Shown here: positions 27,655 to 37,264 of the stretch, piece by piece
How positions within the stretch are numbered: the first letter of the stretch is position 1
Layout of the letters: each line of letters opens with the position of its first letter
Assembly (NCBI GenBank): GCA_046759445.1
Contig: JBHICG010000029.1
Location: forward strand, 1 to 38,972
Origin: Candidatus Scalinduaceae bacterium
Lineage (GTDB): Bacteria > Planctomycetota > Brocadiia > Brocadiales > Scalinduaceae
DNA: 38,972 nucleotides
Direction of reading: 5' to 3'
The notes under the pieces: generated by a model
Seen by the model: only the letters and a program-made list of their open reading frames with translations
Database searches by the model: none
Told to the model about the DNA's origin: nothing
Position numbers and translations under genes: made by a program

Positions 27655-29364
27655 TTAATAAAGCACCTTGTATAAGAGTGTATTCTTGCCATTTAAAGAG
27701 GTTTTCTCTACATATTTATATACCAGCAGTAATTGGTTGTTCTTTACATACTTTCTCAACTCTTCTTTTATAACCTGATATTCTTTTTGTGTAATTACTA
27801 TATAATCGGCTTTTCTCGCTCTTGCTAAAGAAAGTACACTATCAATGTTTGTCATCTGAATATGTTTTCCCCCGGCATAATAAGCATTTCTAGGAGATAA
27901 ACTTATAATCGCTGGCGAAGGTTTATCAGAATTTCCCTTTATCCATTGACCAACTTTCTTAATTCTCAACTTGTCGAGACCCTGGGGCTTAAATGTTTTT
28001 GGTAGTAAGACTCCAATAACAACCAATAATACTATCAGCTGGATTACCCACACACTCCTTAATAACTCGCCAAAACCAGACCTCAATCTGTTAAGCGGAA
28101 ACCTTTTATGTAGCCAGGTTCCAGCAGTATAAACGCCTATCCCTACGCAAAAGAGTGCAGGTATGATTATGGGCATCAAATGTCTTCTACTGGGATACTG
28201 ATAAATATCATCATAGGTTGCTATGAAAGTTATGTTTAATCTGTATAGTACAATCAGATAAAACAAGATAATTGTTGTTATATAAAATCCGAAAAGTTGT
28301 GTCTCCCTTATTCTCGCCCAATTTATCACACCTATTATAAGGAACATAAATAATAATGGGTGAAGTGTACTTAAGTACTTATTCATAATATAAAAGATAC
28401 TCTTTAGATGTATTTTAAAATCTATTTTACCAATAACTGTTTGTTTTTTATTATTTACATCTAAAACCTCTTTATTATTAACAACATTTTCTCCAGCTAA
28501 TTTTTCATTACTTCGTTTACTTAACTTATTTGATTTACCAACAACTGTTTGCTTAATAATATGTATATCCGAACTTCCTTTTTTACTAATTTTTCTTACG
28601 CCCGATTTTTCATTACTTTGGCTACTCAACTCCTTTTCAATTCCTAGTATTTGAGATAAATTCTTTTTCTTTGTAAGCTGCCATGAGCCTGTTTCTTTTT
28701 CAATATATACAAGATAAGGTAATGAAAAAACAAGAAATGAAACAACCAGGACTAATATCGAAACCAACTTTTCTTTCCAAGCTATCTTAATTTTGAAGAA
28801 ATCCCTGAAAAGATACCAGCAGATTACTATAAAAATGATCCCTATTCCTTCAGGGCGAGTAAGATAAGCAAATGCAGTACATATTCCTGTAAGAGCAAAC
28901 AATAAAAGTTTTTTGTTTGTTATCGCAAAAAATCCTAAGCCAAGGGCAGATATAAAAAAAAAGAAATAAGTAGATTCTGATATTATGTTCGCTGAAAATC
29001 TCACAGCATAAGGATGGAAGGCCATAATAATAGAAGAAATAAATGCTATCTTCTGATCAAAAATACCTTTACCAATTAGATAAAATGCTACTACCGCAAA
29101 CATACCAAAAAAAACAGATGTGATTGTGCCTGACAGTTCCATGTTCGGGACGATCTTGTACAGACCCGCCATAATAAGAGAGTACAACGGATGATAAGGA
29201 TGTCTTAACCCACTTAAGAAATCACCATCAGCAAAATACTCCGCATTTTGCATAAAGGCAACACTGTCATTCTGAATTACATATGTAAAAATGCCTAAGT
29301 ATATTCTCGCAAATAGAGAAACAAACAGTAGTATCCAGAAGTATTTATCACTTAACAATTTCAT
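27655..29364 (-). CDS. GT39/ArnT-like (GT-C) polytopic membrane glycosyltransferase
   Basis: Acidic QNDS loop after TM1, YHPLYS, ISESTY, AYLTRPEG motifs, many TM helices, C-terminal soluble domain. Confidence 0.8.
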   Translation of the reverse strand: MKLLSDKYFWILLFVSLFARIYLGIFTYVIQNDSVAFMQNAEYFADGDFLSGLRHPYHPLYSLIMAGLYKIVPNMELSGTITSVFFGMFAVVAFYLIGKGIFDQKIAFISSIIMAFHPYAVRFSANIISESTYFFFFISALGLGFFAITNKKLLLFALTGICTAFAYLTRPEGIGIIFIVICWYLFRDFFKIKIAWKEKLVSILVLVVSFLVFSLPYLVYIEKETGSWQLTKKKNLSQILGIEKELSSQSNEKSGVRKISKKGSSDIHIIKQTVVGKSNKLSKRSNEKLAGENVVNNKEVLDVNNKKQTVIGKIDFKIHLKSIFYIMNKYLSTLHPLLFMFLIIGVINWARIRETQLFGFYITTIILFYLIVLYRLNITFIATYDDIYQYPSRRHLMPIIIPALFCVGIGVYTAGTWLHKRFPLNRLRSGFGELLRSVWVIQLIVLLVVIGVLLPKTFKPQGLDKLRIKKVGQWIKGNSDKPSPAIISLSPRNAYYAGGKHIQMTNIDSVLSLARARKADYIVITQKEYQVIKEELRKYVKNNQLLLVYKYVEKTSLNGKNTLLYKVLY

Positions 29365-29647
29365 TTCAATTCACAGTAACTACTCTATTACTCTTGGAAA
29401 GCTGTTAGTAAGTAATATTAGAAATACAGAACATAGTAAATGTAACCGGGGCCGTAATCTTACAATATTTCCTTTGTAATTACAAATACGTTAACGGGAT
29501 ATTCTGAATGAGGACGGAGAGAATAGTGTGCATTAAAGTAAGGAATACCAGGTGTATAATAAGCCACCTATACGAGATATCCTTCTCACTCTACTAACTA
29601 AAGACAGATTAGAAAATAAAGTTTTGGACCATCAGCGGAACAAGTTA

Positions 29648-29831
29648 GATTCCCCCCGCTGCCCCCACAGCTTGCTAGCACAAGCTAGCAGTGGGGGCAA
29701 GATGCGGGGCGGGAATCACACATTTGCTCAGGAATGTCATTGGCAATTCCGCAAAAGCGGAATTGCTTAGGTGATTCTGTTAAACTGTCCGAAGGACAGA
29801 CAGAATCACACCCGGACTTGATCGGGAATCT
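29648..29831. repeat. cluster of GC-rich nested palindromes (REP-like), partly homologous to 25854-25944
   Basis: GATTCCC..TGCCCCCAC..TGCTAGC-ACAA-GCTAGCA-GTGGGGGCA..GGGAATC; GCAATTCCGC-AAAA-GCGGAATTGC; CTGTCC-GAA-GGACAG; GACTTGATCGGGAATC. Confidence 0.8.
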
Positions 29832-29934
29832 GTAAACATTGAAATTCCTAAACATAAACTTAGGCATGTTTTTTTGTTACATTTACGAGGTAAGGGGTTT
29901 ATACTATGTCTTGGGGTAGTGTCTTAAATAAATA

Positions 29935-30246
29935 TTACTCTTTTTCTTTCTTAAGCTTCTCTTGTACTTCATTGAAAAATTCTGGATTTCCTTCTGTAGC
30001 TGCCTTTTTTTTTGCATCTTCCTTAATCTTCTTAACATCTACAATATCACCTAAACATTCTTCTGCCGCCTTACACCACACGACGCATGTAGGTGTTGCA
30101 TCCTTAAAAACCGTTGCCCCACATTTACAATCAGCCTTTTCCTCATCACTCCATATCTCAATCATGCTACCGCATTTTGTACACTTTCGTTCAAGCGGTT
30201 CAGGCACAGTGGTTTTCATGCTTCCTGGACATCTAACCTTTGCCAA
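29935..30246 (-). CDS. small 8-Cys putative metal-binding (Zn or Fe-S) protein
   Basis: RCPG..CTKCG..EIWSDE...DCKCG...CVVWC.AAEECLG; start moved from the ORF track 30282 to TTG at 30246 because AAGGAGG lies 9 nt upstream. Confidence 0.8.
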   Translation of the reverse strand: MAKVRCPGSMKTTVPEPLERKCTKCGSMIEIWSDEEKADCKCGATVFKDATPTCVVWCKAAEECLGDIVDVKKIKEDAKKKAATEGNPEFFNEVQEKLKKEKE

Positions 30247-30353
30247 TGTATCTATCCTCCTTATATCTTTAAGGTAAAACAATTACAAATAATTATTACT
30301 TTTAAAGTAAACAGAATATATCGTCAAGGGGTTTTTGCAGGTAATAACCAGAA

Positions 30354-33053
30354 CTATTCATGACCATTCAGTTTTTCAACCTTAATCGCACATGACTTAT
30401 ATTCAGGAATCTTGCATACTGGATCGAGTGCATTATTAGTAAGGAGGTTTGTTAAGGCATCTCGATTATGGAATGCAAGGAACGTAATACCAGGCTGTGC
30501 TCTGTCAGTTATGTGTACCTTCACCTCCATCTTACCTCTTCTTGAACTGGCGAGAACCTTTTCGCTATCCTTTATGTTAAATCTCCTGGCATCATATGGA
30601 TTGAGTTCTATTGTTTCATCTGGCCATTGGTTAAAGATCTTACTGGACCTCCTTGTCATAGAACCATTATTATAATGTTGCCTACGACGACCGGTTGTAA
30701 GGATTAAGGGAAACTCGTCATCAGGGACTTCTGCCGATGCGATATGATCGATAAAATTAAACTTGGCGCGGCCATTTGGCCTGTTGAATTTTTCAGTATA
30801 CATAATTGCTGTACCAGGATGGTCTATATCAGGGCATGGCCACTGGATTCCATCACCTTCGAGCTTTTCGTGATTTACTCCGGCAAACATAGGAGCAAGG
30901 CTCGCAAGCTCATCCCATATTTCAGATGGTGAAGAATAATCCATTTTTATACCAAGGGCATTTGCTACAAGGCATATCGTTTCCCAATCCGCTTTACCAC
31001 CCAATGGTTCTATTGCCTTTCGAACCAGTTGAATCCTTCGTTCACCATTAGTGAAAGTACCATCCTTCTCGGCATGACTTGAGCCTGGAAGTACTACGTG
31101 GGCAAGTTCTGAAGTCTCTGTTGGCAATATATCTTGCACGACAAGAAATTCCAATTTCTTGAGAGCTGCTTTCACGTAATTGGAATTCGCATTCGTCATT
31201 GCAGGGTCCTCACCAAATACATAGTATGCCTTCAACTTTCCTGCATGCATTGCGTCATCCATCTCTGTGCAGGTTAAACCTTTTTTATCATCCAGCTTAA
31301 CACCCCATGCCTTGTCAAATTTTGCTTGAGCCTTTTTATCCCCAACCATCTGATAACCCACAAATTTATCAGGCAGTGCTCCCATATCACAAGCTCCTTG
31401 CACGTTGTTCTGTCCACGAGTTGGATTTATGCCAACGTGAGACCTTCCAAGATGGCCTGTAACTGTGGCAAGGTTTGCCAGGGACATAACGTTATAAGTA
31501 CCTGTCGTATGCTCTGTCATACCGAGACTGTATATTATCATTGCCTTGTCAGTTTTCGCATATAGTCTGGCGGCATCAATAATTCTATCCTTTGCTACAC
31601 CCGTTATACCTGAAACATATTCGGGCGTGTATTTCTTAACACCTTTCTTAAGTTCATCGAAACCCTCAGTACGATTCTTAATAAATTCCTTGTCCTCAAG
31701 TCCTTCACTTAAGATTACGTTAATAATTCCATTTAATAGTGCAATGTTTGTACCGGGTAATAGGTTCAGCCATATATCCGCCTGATCTACAAGTTGGGTC
31801 TTTCGCGGGTCACCAACGATTAGTTTTGCACCATTTTTAATTGCATCTTTTATTTTAAGACCAACAATAGGATGGGCCTCATAGGGATTGGCGCCTATTA
31901 CGAATAGTAGCTCAGCATCAGGAATCTGGCCAAACGAATTAGTTGCAGCACCACTGCCGTAACATGCAGCAAGCCCAGAAACGCTTGCGCTATGGCATAC
32001 CCTTGCACAGTTATCAACGTTGTTCGTGCCCATCATCCGCCCCATTTTTTGGAATATGTAATTCTCTTCGTTTGTGCATCTTGATGATGATAAAAACCCC
32101 AGACTATCCGGGCCATATTTATCCTTAATCTCTTTAAATTTTGTCGCAATGAGGGTTATAGCCTCATCCCAGCTGGCTTCTTCTAACTTTCCATTCTTTC
32201 TTATGAGTGGCGTAGTCAATCTGTCCTTATGATGGATATGCTCGTAACCAAATCTGCCTTTTACACAGAGGCTTCCTTTATTGTTTACCGGGGCTTCAAA
32301 ACACTCTGAAATAGAAACAACCTTATTATCTTTTACATTAAAATAATAATTACATCCTGTCCCACAATAAGTACAGGTTGTCCTTACCTTTTTAAACTGC
32401 CAGATTCTTCCCTTGCCTTTAGTAGATAATTCTTGTATTGATCCAACTGGACAAGCCTCTATGCATTGGCCGCATAGTTCGCAATCACCTACTTTAGAAA
32501 TATTGGTCTTATTTGGAGTACCTAATGCCGTAAACCCTCCAGCCTTGAAACCGAGTGCATAAGACCCTTGAAGCTCTGCACAGGTCCTTGAGCACCTGGT
32601 ACACATAATACACTTATCTCGATCCCATTCTATCACCCCATTGTTAGGCATCTCGGAATATTTTCGTATTGTTTGTTGACTCCATTCCGCATGTACGTCA
32701 AACTGGTAAGCATAATTTTGGAGTTTACAGTTACCTGTCCTTTCACAGGTCATACAATCATTAGGATGGTTTGCGAGAATTAGTCTCAGATTGTTTCTTC
32801 GAAGTTCTGCAATATTATCACTTTCAGTTATCACGCTCATGCCATCCCAAACAGGAGTATTACATGCCGTTACAGGACCCAAGTTCCCATCGACTTCTAC
32901 AACACACATCTTGCATTGTCCAAAAGGCTCTAAATATTTCCAATAACACAAATAAGGAACATGAATCTTGTTTTTCTTAGTAACTTGAATTATCGTTTCA
33001 CCCTCATTTGATTCATATTCCTTGTGGTTAATTTGTATCCTTACCTTCTTCAT
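30354..33053 (-). CDS. fdhF: formate dehydrogenase alpha subunit (Mo/W-bis-PGD, Cys-type) with N-terminal [2Fe-2S]/[4Fe-4S] domains
   Basis: HxxxCxxCx5C, two CxxCxxCxxxC motifs, TTCTYCGTGC, LCVKGRFG, NCARVCHSAS, RGQNNVQGACDMG, PEYK. Confidence 0.93.
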   Translation of the reverse strand: MKKVRIQINHKEYESNEGETIIQVTKKNKIHVPYLCYWKYLEPFGQCKMCVVEVDGNLGPVTACNTPVWDGMSVITESDNIAELRRNNLRLILANHPNDCMTCERTGNCKLQNYAYQFDVHAEWSQQTIRKYSEMPNNGVIEWDRDKCIMCTRCSRTCAELQGSYALGFKAGGFTALGTPNKTNISKVGDCELCGQCIEACPVGSIQELSTKGKGRIWQFKKVRTTCTYCGTGCNYYFNVKDNKVVSISECFEAPVNNKGSLCVKGRFGYEHIHHKDRLTTPLIRKNGKLEEASWDEAITLIATKFKEIKDKYGPDSLGFLSSSRCTNEENYIFQKMGRMMGTNNVDNCARVCHSASVSGLAACYGSGAATNSFGQIPDAELLFVIGANPYEAHPIVGLKIKDAIKNGAKLIVGDPRKTQLVDQADIWLNLLPGTNIALLNGIINVILSEGLEDKEFIKNRTEGFDELKKGVKKYTPEYVSGITGVAKDRIIDAARLYAKTDKAMIIYSLGMTEHTTGTYNVMSLANLATVTGHLGRSHVGINPTRGQNNVQGACDMGALPDKFVGYQMVGDKKAQAKFDKAWGVKLDDKKGLTCTEMDDAMHAGKLKAYYVFGEDPAMTNANSNYVKAALKKLEFLVVQDILPTETSELAHVVLPGSSHAEKDGTFTNGERRIQLVRKAIEPLGGKADWETICLVANALGIKMDYSSPSEIWDELASLAPMFAGVNHEKLEGDGIQWPCPDIDHPGTAIMYTEKFNRPNGRAKFNFIDHIASAEVPDDEFPLILTTGRRRQHYNNGSMTRRSSKIFNQWPDETIELNPYDARRFNIKDSEKVLASSRRGKMEVKVHITDRAQPGITFLAFHNRDALTNLLTNNALDPVCKIPEYKSCAIKVEKLNGHE

Positions 33054-33083
33054 ATTTCCTCCTGAATCAAATCATCTTATAAC

Positions 33084-33130
33084 AAAAGGTTAACGCTTTA
33101 ATTCCGTGGAAATTAAAACCTTAACCTTTT
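33084..33130. terminator. long AT-rich hairpin, possible intrinsic terminator or processing site
   Basis: AAAAGGTTAA (33084-33093) pairs with TTAACCTTTT (33121-33130); inner TTTAATTCC/GGAAATTAAA. Confidence 0.45.
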
Positions 33131-33169
33131 TATTTTAATTACTTTCTTCAAAAATTCTCGTTTGAACAA

Positions 33170-33628
33170 TTACTTGGCGTCAGCGGTTACGGCAACCTTC
33201 TTTTCAATATACGTTAATGCAAAAGTTTTGCACGCCTCCACACATGCCATGTCATCAAACCCTTTACAATCATCACAATTTATTGCAACTTCCATCTCTA
33301 CTTCTTTTGTTATTGCCTTAAAGGGACAGGCATCAACGCAGGCCCAACAGCCAGTACATTTTTCTTGACTTATAACGACGTTACCATCCTCATATTTTGT
33401 AATCGCATCATACTCACATGATTCCTTACATTTTGGCTTAGCACAGTTCTGACAAACAGTCGCATATGGCTTATCTTTTCTGAAACTAATGTTTATTCTG
33501 GGAACTGGTGAGGGCTTTTCTGATGCAGATGAATACAACTCCATTGATTGTGAATGCCTGATTGAACACTCAACCATACAGCGTTTACAGGTAACACAGT
33601 TCTTGCTTGTAAATTTTTTCTTTAACAT
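33170..33628 (-). CDS. 4x[4Fe-4S] electron-transfer protein (CooF/HydN/DmsB-like)
   Basis: 16 Cys in four groups: CVTCKRCMVEC, CQNC..PKCKESC, CTGCWACVDAC, CDDC...ACVEAC. Confidence 0.88.
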   Translation of the reverse strand: MLKKKFTSKNCVTCKRCMVECSIRHSQSMELYSSASEKPSPVPRINISFRKDKPYATVCQNCAKPKCKESCEYDAITKYEDGNVVISQEKCTGCWACVDACPFKAITKEVEMEVAINCDDCKGFDDMACVEACKTFALTYIEKKVAVTADAK

Positions 33629-33746
33629 TTCTGAATTATCTCAAAAAGATTTTTCTTATATATAAATTTAAGAAACATAACCACTAAATTTTACTAAAAT
33701 ATTATAAATGTTCAACATAATTTTCAAAACCTGTAAGAACAAAGAT

Positions 33747-34355
33747 TTATGCTTTTACGGCATCTATAAATTTTTTGATTAACCTCCTGTCTTTTTTGCC
33801 AGGCTTAATCTCTACACCAGAAGAAACATCAACCCCGTAGGGATTTGCAATTTTTATTGCACGCGAGACATTTAAGTGCGTTAAGCCTCCTGCTATTATT
33901 ATTGGTCTGGATGTCTTTACTTTCTTAACAATACTCCAATCAAAGGATGCACCTGTGCCCCCCATTCTGTTTTCTGCATATCCATCAAGCAATATTGCAC
34001 TAGCTTCATACTTATTTATTGGGTTAATGTCTCTCTCAGTTTGTATTCTAAACGCCTTAATAATTTTATAACGTCTTAGTTTACTCAAGAAACCAGGTGG
34101 CTCATTTCCATGAAGCTGTATGGCATTCAGACTACAATACTCACAAATATCTTCTATATTCTTTGTAGTTTCATTTACAAAAAGTCCCACTAATGTAACA
34201 AACGGTGGTAATTTTTGTACAATTGCCTTAGCTTTTTCTGCACTTATCTTTCGAACGCTTTTAGCGAACACAAAGCCGATAGCATCCGCACCATAATCAA
34301 TAGCAATTTTCGCATAATTTAAATTTGTTACACCACAAATTTTTACCTTTGTCAT
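33747..34355 (-). CDS. trpF: phosphoribosylanthranilate isomerase
   Basis: VKICGVT, GADAIGFVF, QLHGNE, GGTGASFDW, AGGL, GVDVSSGVE. Confidence 0.95.
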   Translation of the reverse strand: MTKVKICGVTNLNYAKIAIDYGADAIGFVFAKSVRKISAEKAKAIVQKLPPFVTLVGLFVNETTKNIEDICEYCSLNAIQLHGNEPPGFLSKLRRYKIIKAFRIQTERDINPINKYEASAILLDGYAENRMGGTGASFDWSIVKKVKTSRPIIIAGGLTHLNVSRAIKIANPYGVDVSSGVEIKPGKKDRRLIKKFIDAVKA

Positions 34356-34508
34356 TCTGTTAATTTACCTTAATTATTCAGTTGTGGAAAGATAATTTAG
34401 AAAAAAGATGAAAACTTCTTTATATGTGAATAGTATGATTCTTACTGGCTGGGTTAAATATGGGCTGGTAAAAGTATCTCGAAACATTAAAGATGAAATT
34501 TTAGAAAA

Positions 34509-35891
34509 TCAATCAATTGACAATGGTGGGCTTTGCATAATTTCTATTGGTTTGATCGTTTCATCAATAATTTTTTTTGTATTAACTACATTCAATTTTT
34601 CAAAGAGAAAAACAAACTTTTTTTCCAATATAGATCCAATATTTTCCTTAACACTACTTGGCAAGTCCCATATTTTCTCTTTGAAAGGCCCAAACGCCTT
34701 TTTTCTTGTCTTATAAATAAATTGTTCGTCTGTTTGGCCTTCCTTCCTTTCATCGGCACAATTCTTTTTTAAATAATCATATATCTCTTCTCTTAATTCC
34801 TTGGGGAATTGTTCATTTTCATAAATCATATTTTGGAATTCAGTAGCCAGGTGCACCTCTGCAGTCCCAGTTTTTGGAAATTTATCAAATGCATCTCCCG
34901 GTAATGTGGAAGCGCCATGTTGCACTGCACCACTTAGCCCATACTCATCCCTTGCAACTTTTGAAAGCCTTTGCAGGGTATCAAAGTCCAGTTTCACTTT
35001 TGCAATACTACCATCTGGCAACGGTACCCCACCGTGTGTGGTACCAGTCTGAATACTTATCTTGCTAATTCCTTTTTTATCACTAATAGTTTTTAGATAA
35101 TTATCCATAAATACCCTTAATTCTTCCTCGGTACTATTCTTTCCACCAACTTCGCCTATCTCGCCACCAACTGAAACCATGACACCATCAGGTTGGTTTT
35201 CACGAATATATGAAGTGAACTGCGCCGCTAATTCAAAATTAAGTCTCTGTTGTTCAACTATATCTTGTTTGTTCAAATCAACTAATGTAGATGTATCTAT
35301 GTCAATATTGTAGAAATCTGCTTCTAATGCCTCCTTGATTAGGTCTCTAACCGTGTTAAATTCGCTTTCTGGATCTTTAGCATATTTTTTTGCATTTACC
35401 TGAAAATGATCACCTTGAATAAAAATTGGCCCTTGATACCCCTCTCTAATAGCAGCAGCAAGAACTACTGCCGTGTATTCAGACGGACGTTGTTCCGTAT
35501 ATCCTATCTCAGACTTTGCTATTTCAAAGATAAATGCTCCCACATCATTCTTTTTTGCAGCCCTTATAATCGACCTTGCAACATCATAAGTTAAACCCCT
35601 TATATTAATAGCAGGAACTGTAAATCCGGTATATTCACTTCTGCCCATCCTTTCGTACAATCCTTGAATAGAAGCAGAGATTATACCTAAGGCACAACCA
35701 CTTTGCCTTATTAACCATCTTGAAATGCCTTTCAAATCTCTTTTTTCATTAAAGACGGCATTATGCACTAAACGATCCAGCTTCTCATTCCGATAAAGAG
35801 ATTCATTTATTATATTTACCTTGCCTCCTAAAAGAATTTCCAGCGTATCTTTAACATAATCTCTTATTTCTGTAACCTCTTTGAACATCAT
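34509..35891 (-). CDS. class II fructose-bisphosphate aldolase family protein (long variant)
   Basis: VPAINIR, QGDH, GEIGEVGG, GTTHGG, VQHGAS metal-binding motifs; adjacent to fbp. Confidence 0.82.
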   Translation of the reverse strand: MMFKEVTEIRDYVKDTLEILLGGKVNIINESLYRNEKLDRLVHNAVFNEKRDLKGISRWLIRQSGCALGIISASIQGLYERMGRSEYTGFTVPAINIRGLTYDVARSIIRAAKKNDVGAFIFEIAKSEIGYTEQRPSEYTAVVLAAAIREGYQGPIFIQGDHFQVNAKKYAKDPESEFNTVRDLIKEALEADFYNIDIDTSTLVDLNKQDIVEQQRLNFELAAQFTSYIRENQPDGVMVSVGGEIGEVGGKNSTEEELRVFMDNYLKTISDKKGISKISIQTGTTHGGVPLPDGSIAKVKLDFDTLQRLSKVARDEYGLSGAVQHGASTLPGDAFDKFPKTGTAEVHLATEFQNMIYENEQFPKELREEIYDYLKKNCADERKEGQTDEQFIYKTRKKAFGPFKEKIWDLPSSVKENIGSILEKKFVFLFEKLNVVNTKKIIDETIKPIEIMQSPPLSID

Positions 35892-35928
35892 TGTTCATTC
35901 TCCTTTTATGAAGTAAATTATAAATTGA

Positions 35929-36969
35929 TTACCGTGTATAATCAGTAACAAACTTTTGATAAGTAAGCACATCTTCCGTACTTCCAATAATTAGGGGTAT
36001 CTTTTGATGTAGTTCGGTTGGCTGAATATCCATAATATCCTCGCTACCAGTAGTAGCCAATCCACCGGCCTGTTCCACAATAAACGCTAACGGAGAGGCC
36101 TCGTATAATAGACGTAATTTACCTTTAGGTTTCTTTGGGTCTTTATAATCGGCCGGGTATAAGAAAATACCACCGTATAGTAGATTCCTATGAAAATCAG
36201 CTACGAGAGAACCAATATAACGTAAAGAATATGGTCTGCCTGATGCAGGATCTTTTTCTTTTAGATAACTGATATATTTTTTAGTACTTTCATCCCAAAA
36301 ATTTGAATTTCCTTCATTCGCACTATAGATTTTCCCTTTTGGTGGTATTTTTATGTCCTCATGGGATAAGAGGAACTCCCCTACGCTTGGATCAAGTGTA
36401 AAACCATTTACACCCTGACCTGTTGTATAAACCAACACCGTACTGGAACCATAAATTATGTAACCTGCTGCTATCTGTTCACTCCCCTTTTGAAGGCAAT
36501 CTTCGAGGCTTCCTTCTTCACCGCCTGTCTTTTTTTGATGTATGGAAAATATTGTTCCTATACTAACGTTCGCATCAATATTTGACGAACCATCAAGCGG
36601 GTCGAAAAGTAGCACATATTTACCTTTGGGAAATTTATCTGGAATAGGAATAACTTCATCATTCTCCTCTGAGGCCATTATGCAAAGATGTCCTCCATGA
36701 TCCATAGCGTTATACAATTTGTCGTTTGCATATTCATCCAGCTTCTTGACTTCTTCACCATGAATGTTTTCATCACCAGTAAGACCAAGGATATCCACAA
36801 GACCAGCTTTATTAACTTCTCTTGATATGACCTTTGCCGCATATATTAAATCCATTAATAAGCCAGTTAGGCTACCTGTTGCCTGGGGATATTGTCTTTC
36901 TTGTTCTACGATGTGTCTTTGGACACTAATTCCTTTCCTTCCCATAATAACATCTCTCGTGTTGAACAT
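35929..36969 (-). CDS. fbp: class 1 fructose-1,6-bisphosphatase
   Basis: [55 protein letters not shown]; start may be at 36945. Confidence 0.95.
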   Translation of the reverse strand: MFNTRDVIMGRKGISVQRHIVEQERQYPQATGSLTGLLMDLIYAAKVISREVNKAGLVDILGLTGDENIHGEEVKKLDEYANDKLYNAMDHGGHLCIMASEENDEVIPIPDKFPKGKYVLLFDPLDGSSNIDANVSIGTIFSIHQKKTGGEEGSLEDCLQKGSEQIAAGYIIYGSSTVLVYTTGQGVNGFTLDPSVGEFLLSHEDIKIPPKGKIYSANEGNSNFWDESTKKYISYLKEKDPASGRPYSLRYIGSLVADFHRNLLYGGIFLYPADYKDPKKPKGKLRLLYEASPLAFIVEQAGGLATTGSEDIMDIQPTELHQKIPLIIGSTEDVLTYQKFVTDYTR

Positions 36970-37050
36970 GATTGGTTTTAAGAAATAGTATTACGTCTAT
37001 TCTCCTAAGGTATGTGATTAAATAACAGGTTAGTCATATCTACTGCGAGC

Positions 37051-37079
37051 ATTTTACATTTTATATAAATATAAGTCAA
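37051..37079 (-). promoter_or_regulatory. sigma70-type promoter for fbp-aldolase
   Basis: TTGACT (37079-37074), 17 nt, TAAAAT (37056-37051). Confidence 0.5.
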
Positions 37080-37264
37080 TTCAAATGCTATCCAGTACTG
37101 GTAGTTAATCTTAAGAATACGGTCTGATAGCGAAAAAGTATTATTAGCAATTTAGCCGTTGCATAAAGAAAGTTTCTTTTGTAATTTGTTATCTGAAAAT
37201 GTTTAATGTATAAAAAAGCTCATTCGTAGCAAATTCAGTAAGTGTCTTTTTTTATGTCAGAACA

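Noticed and set aside
25693..29831. CRISPR array in the palindromic repeat clusters
   Set aside because: No regularly spaced identical direct repeats with unique spacers and no cas genes.
29552..29867. ORFs 29552-29770 (+) and 29685-29867 (-)
   Set aside because: They run through GC-rich palindromes that suppress stop codons; no recognisable protein features.
30354..33053. Selenocysteine-containing FDH
   Set aside because: Active-site motif reads RVCH with a Cys codon; no in-frame TGA.
33747..34355. Isolated trpF as an anomaly
   Set aside because: Dispersed trp genes are common in many bacteria.
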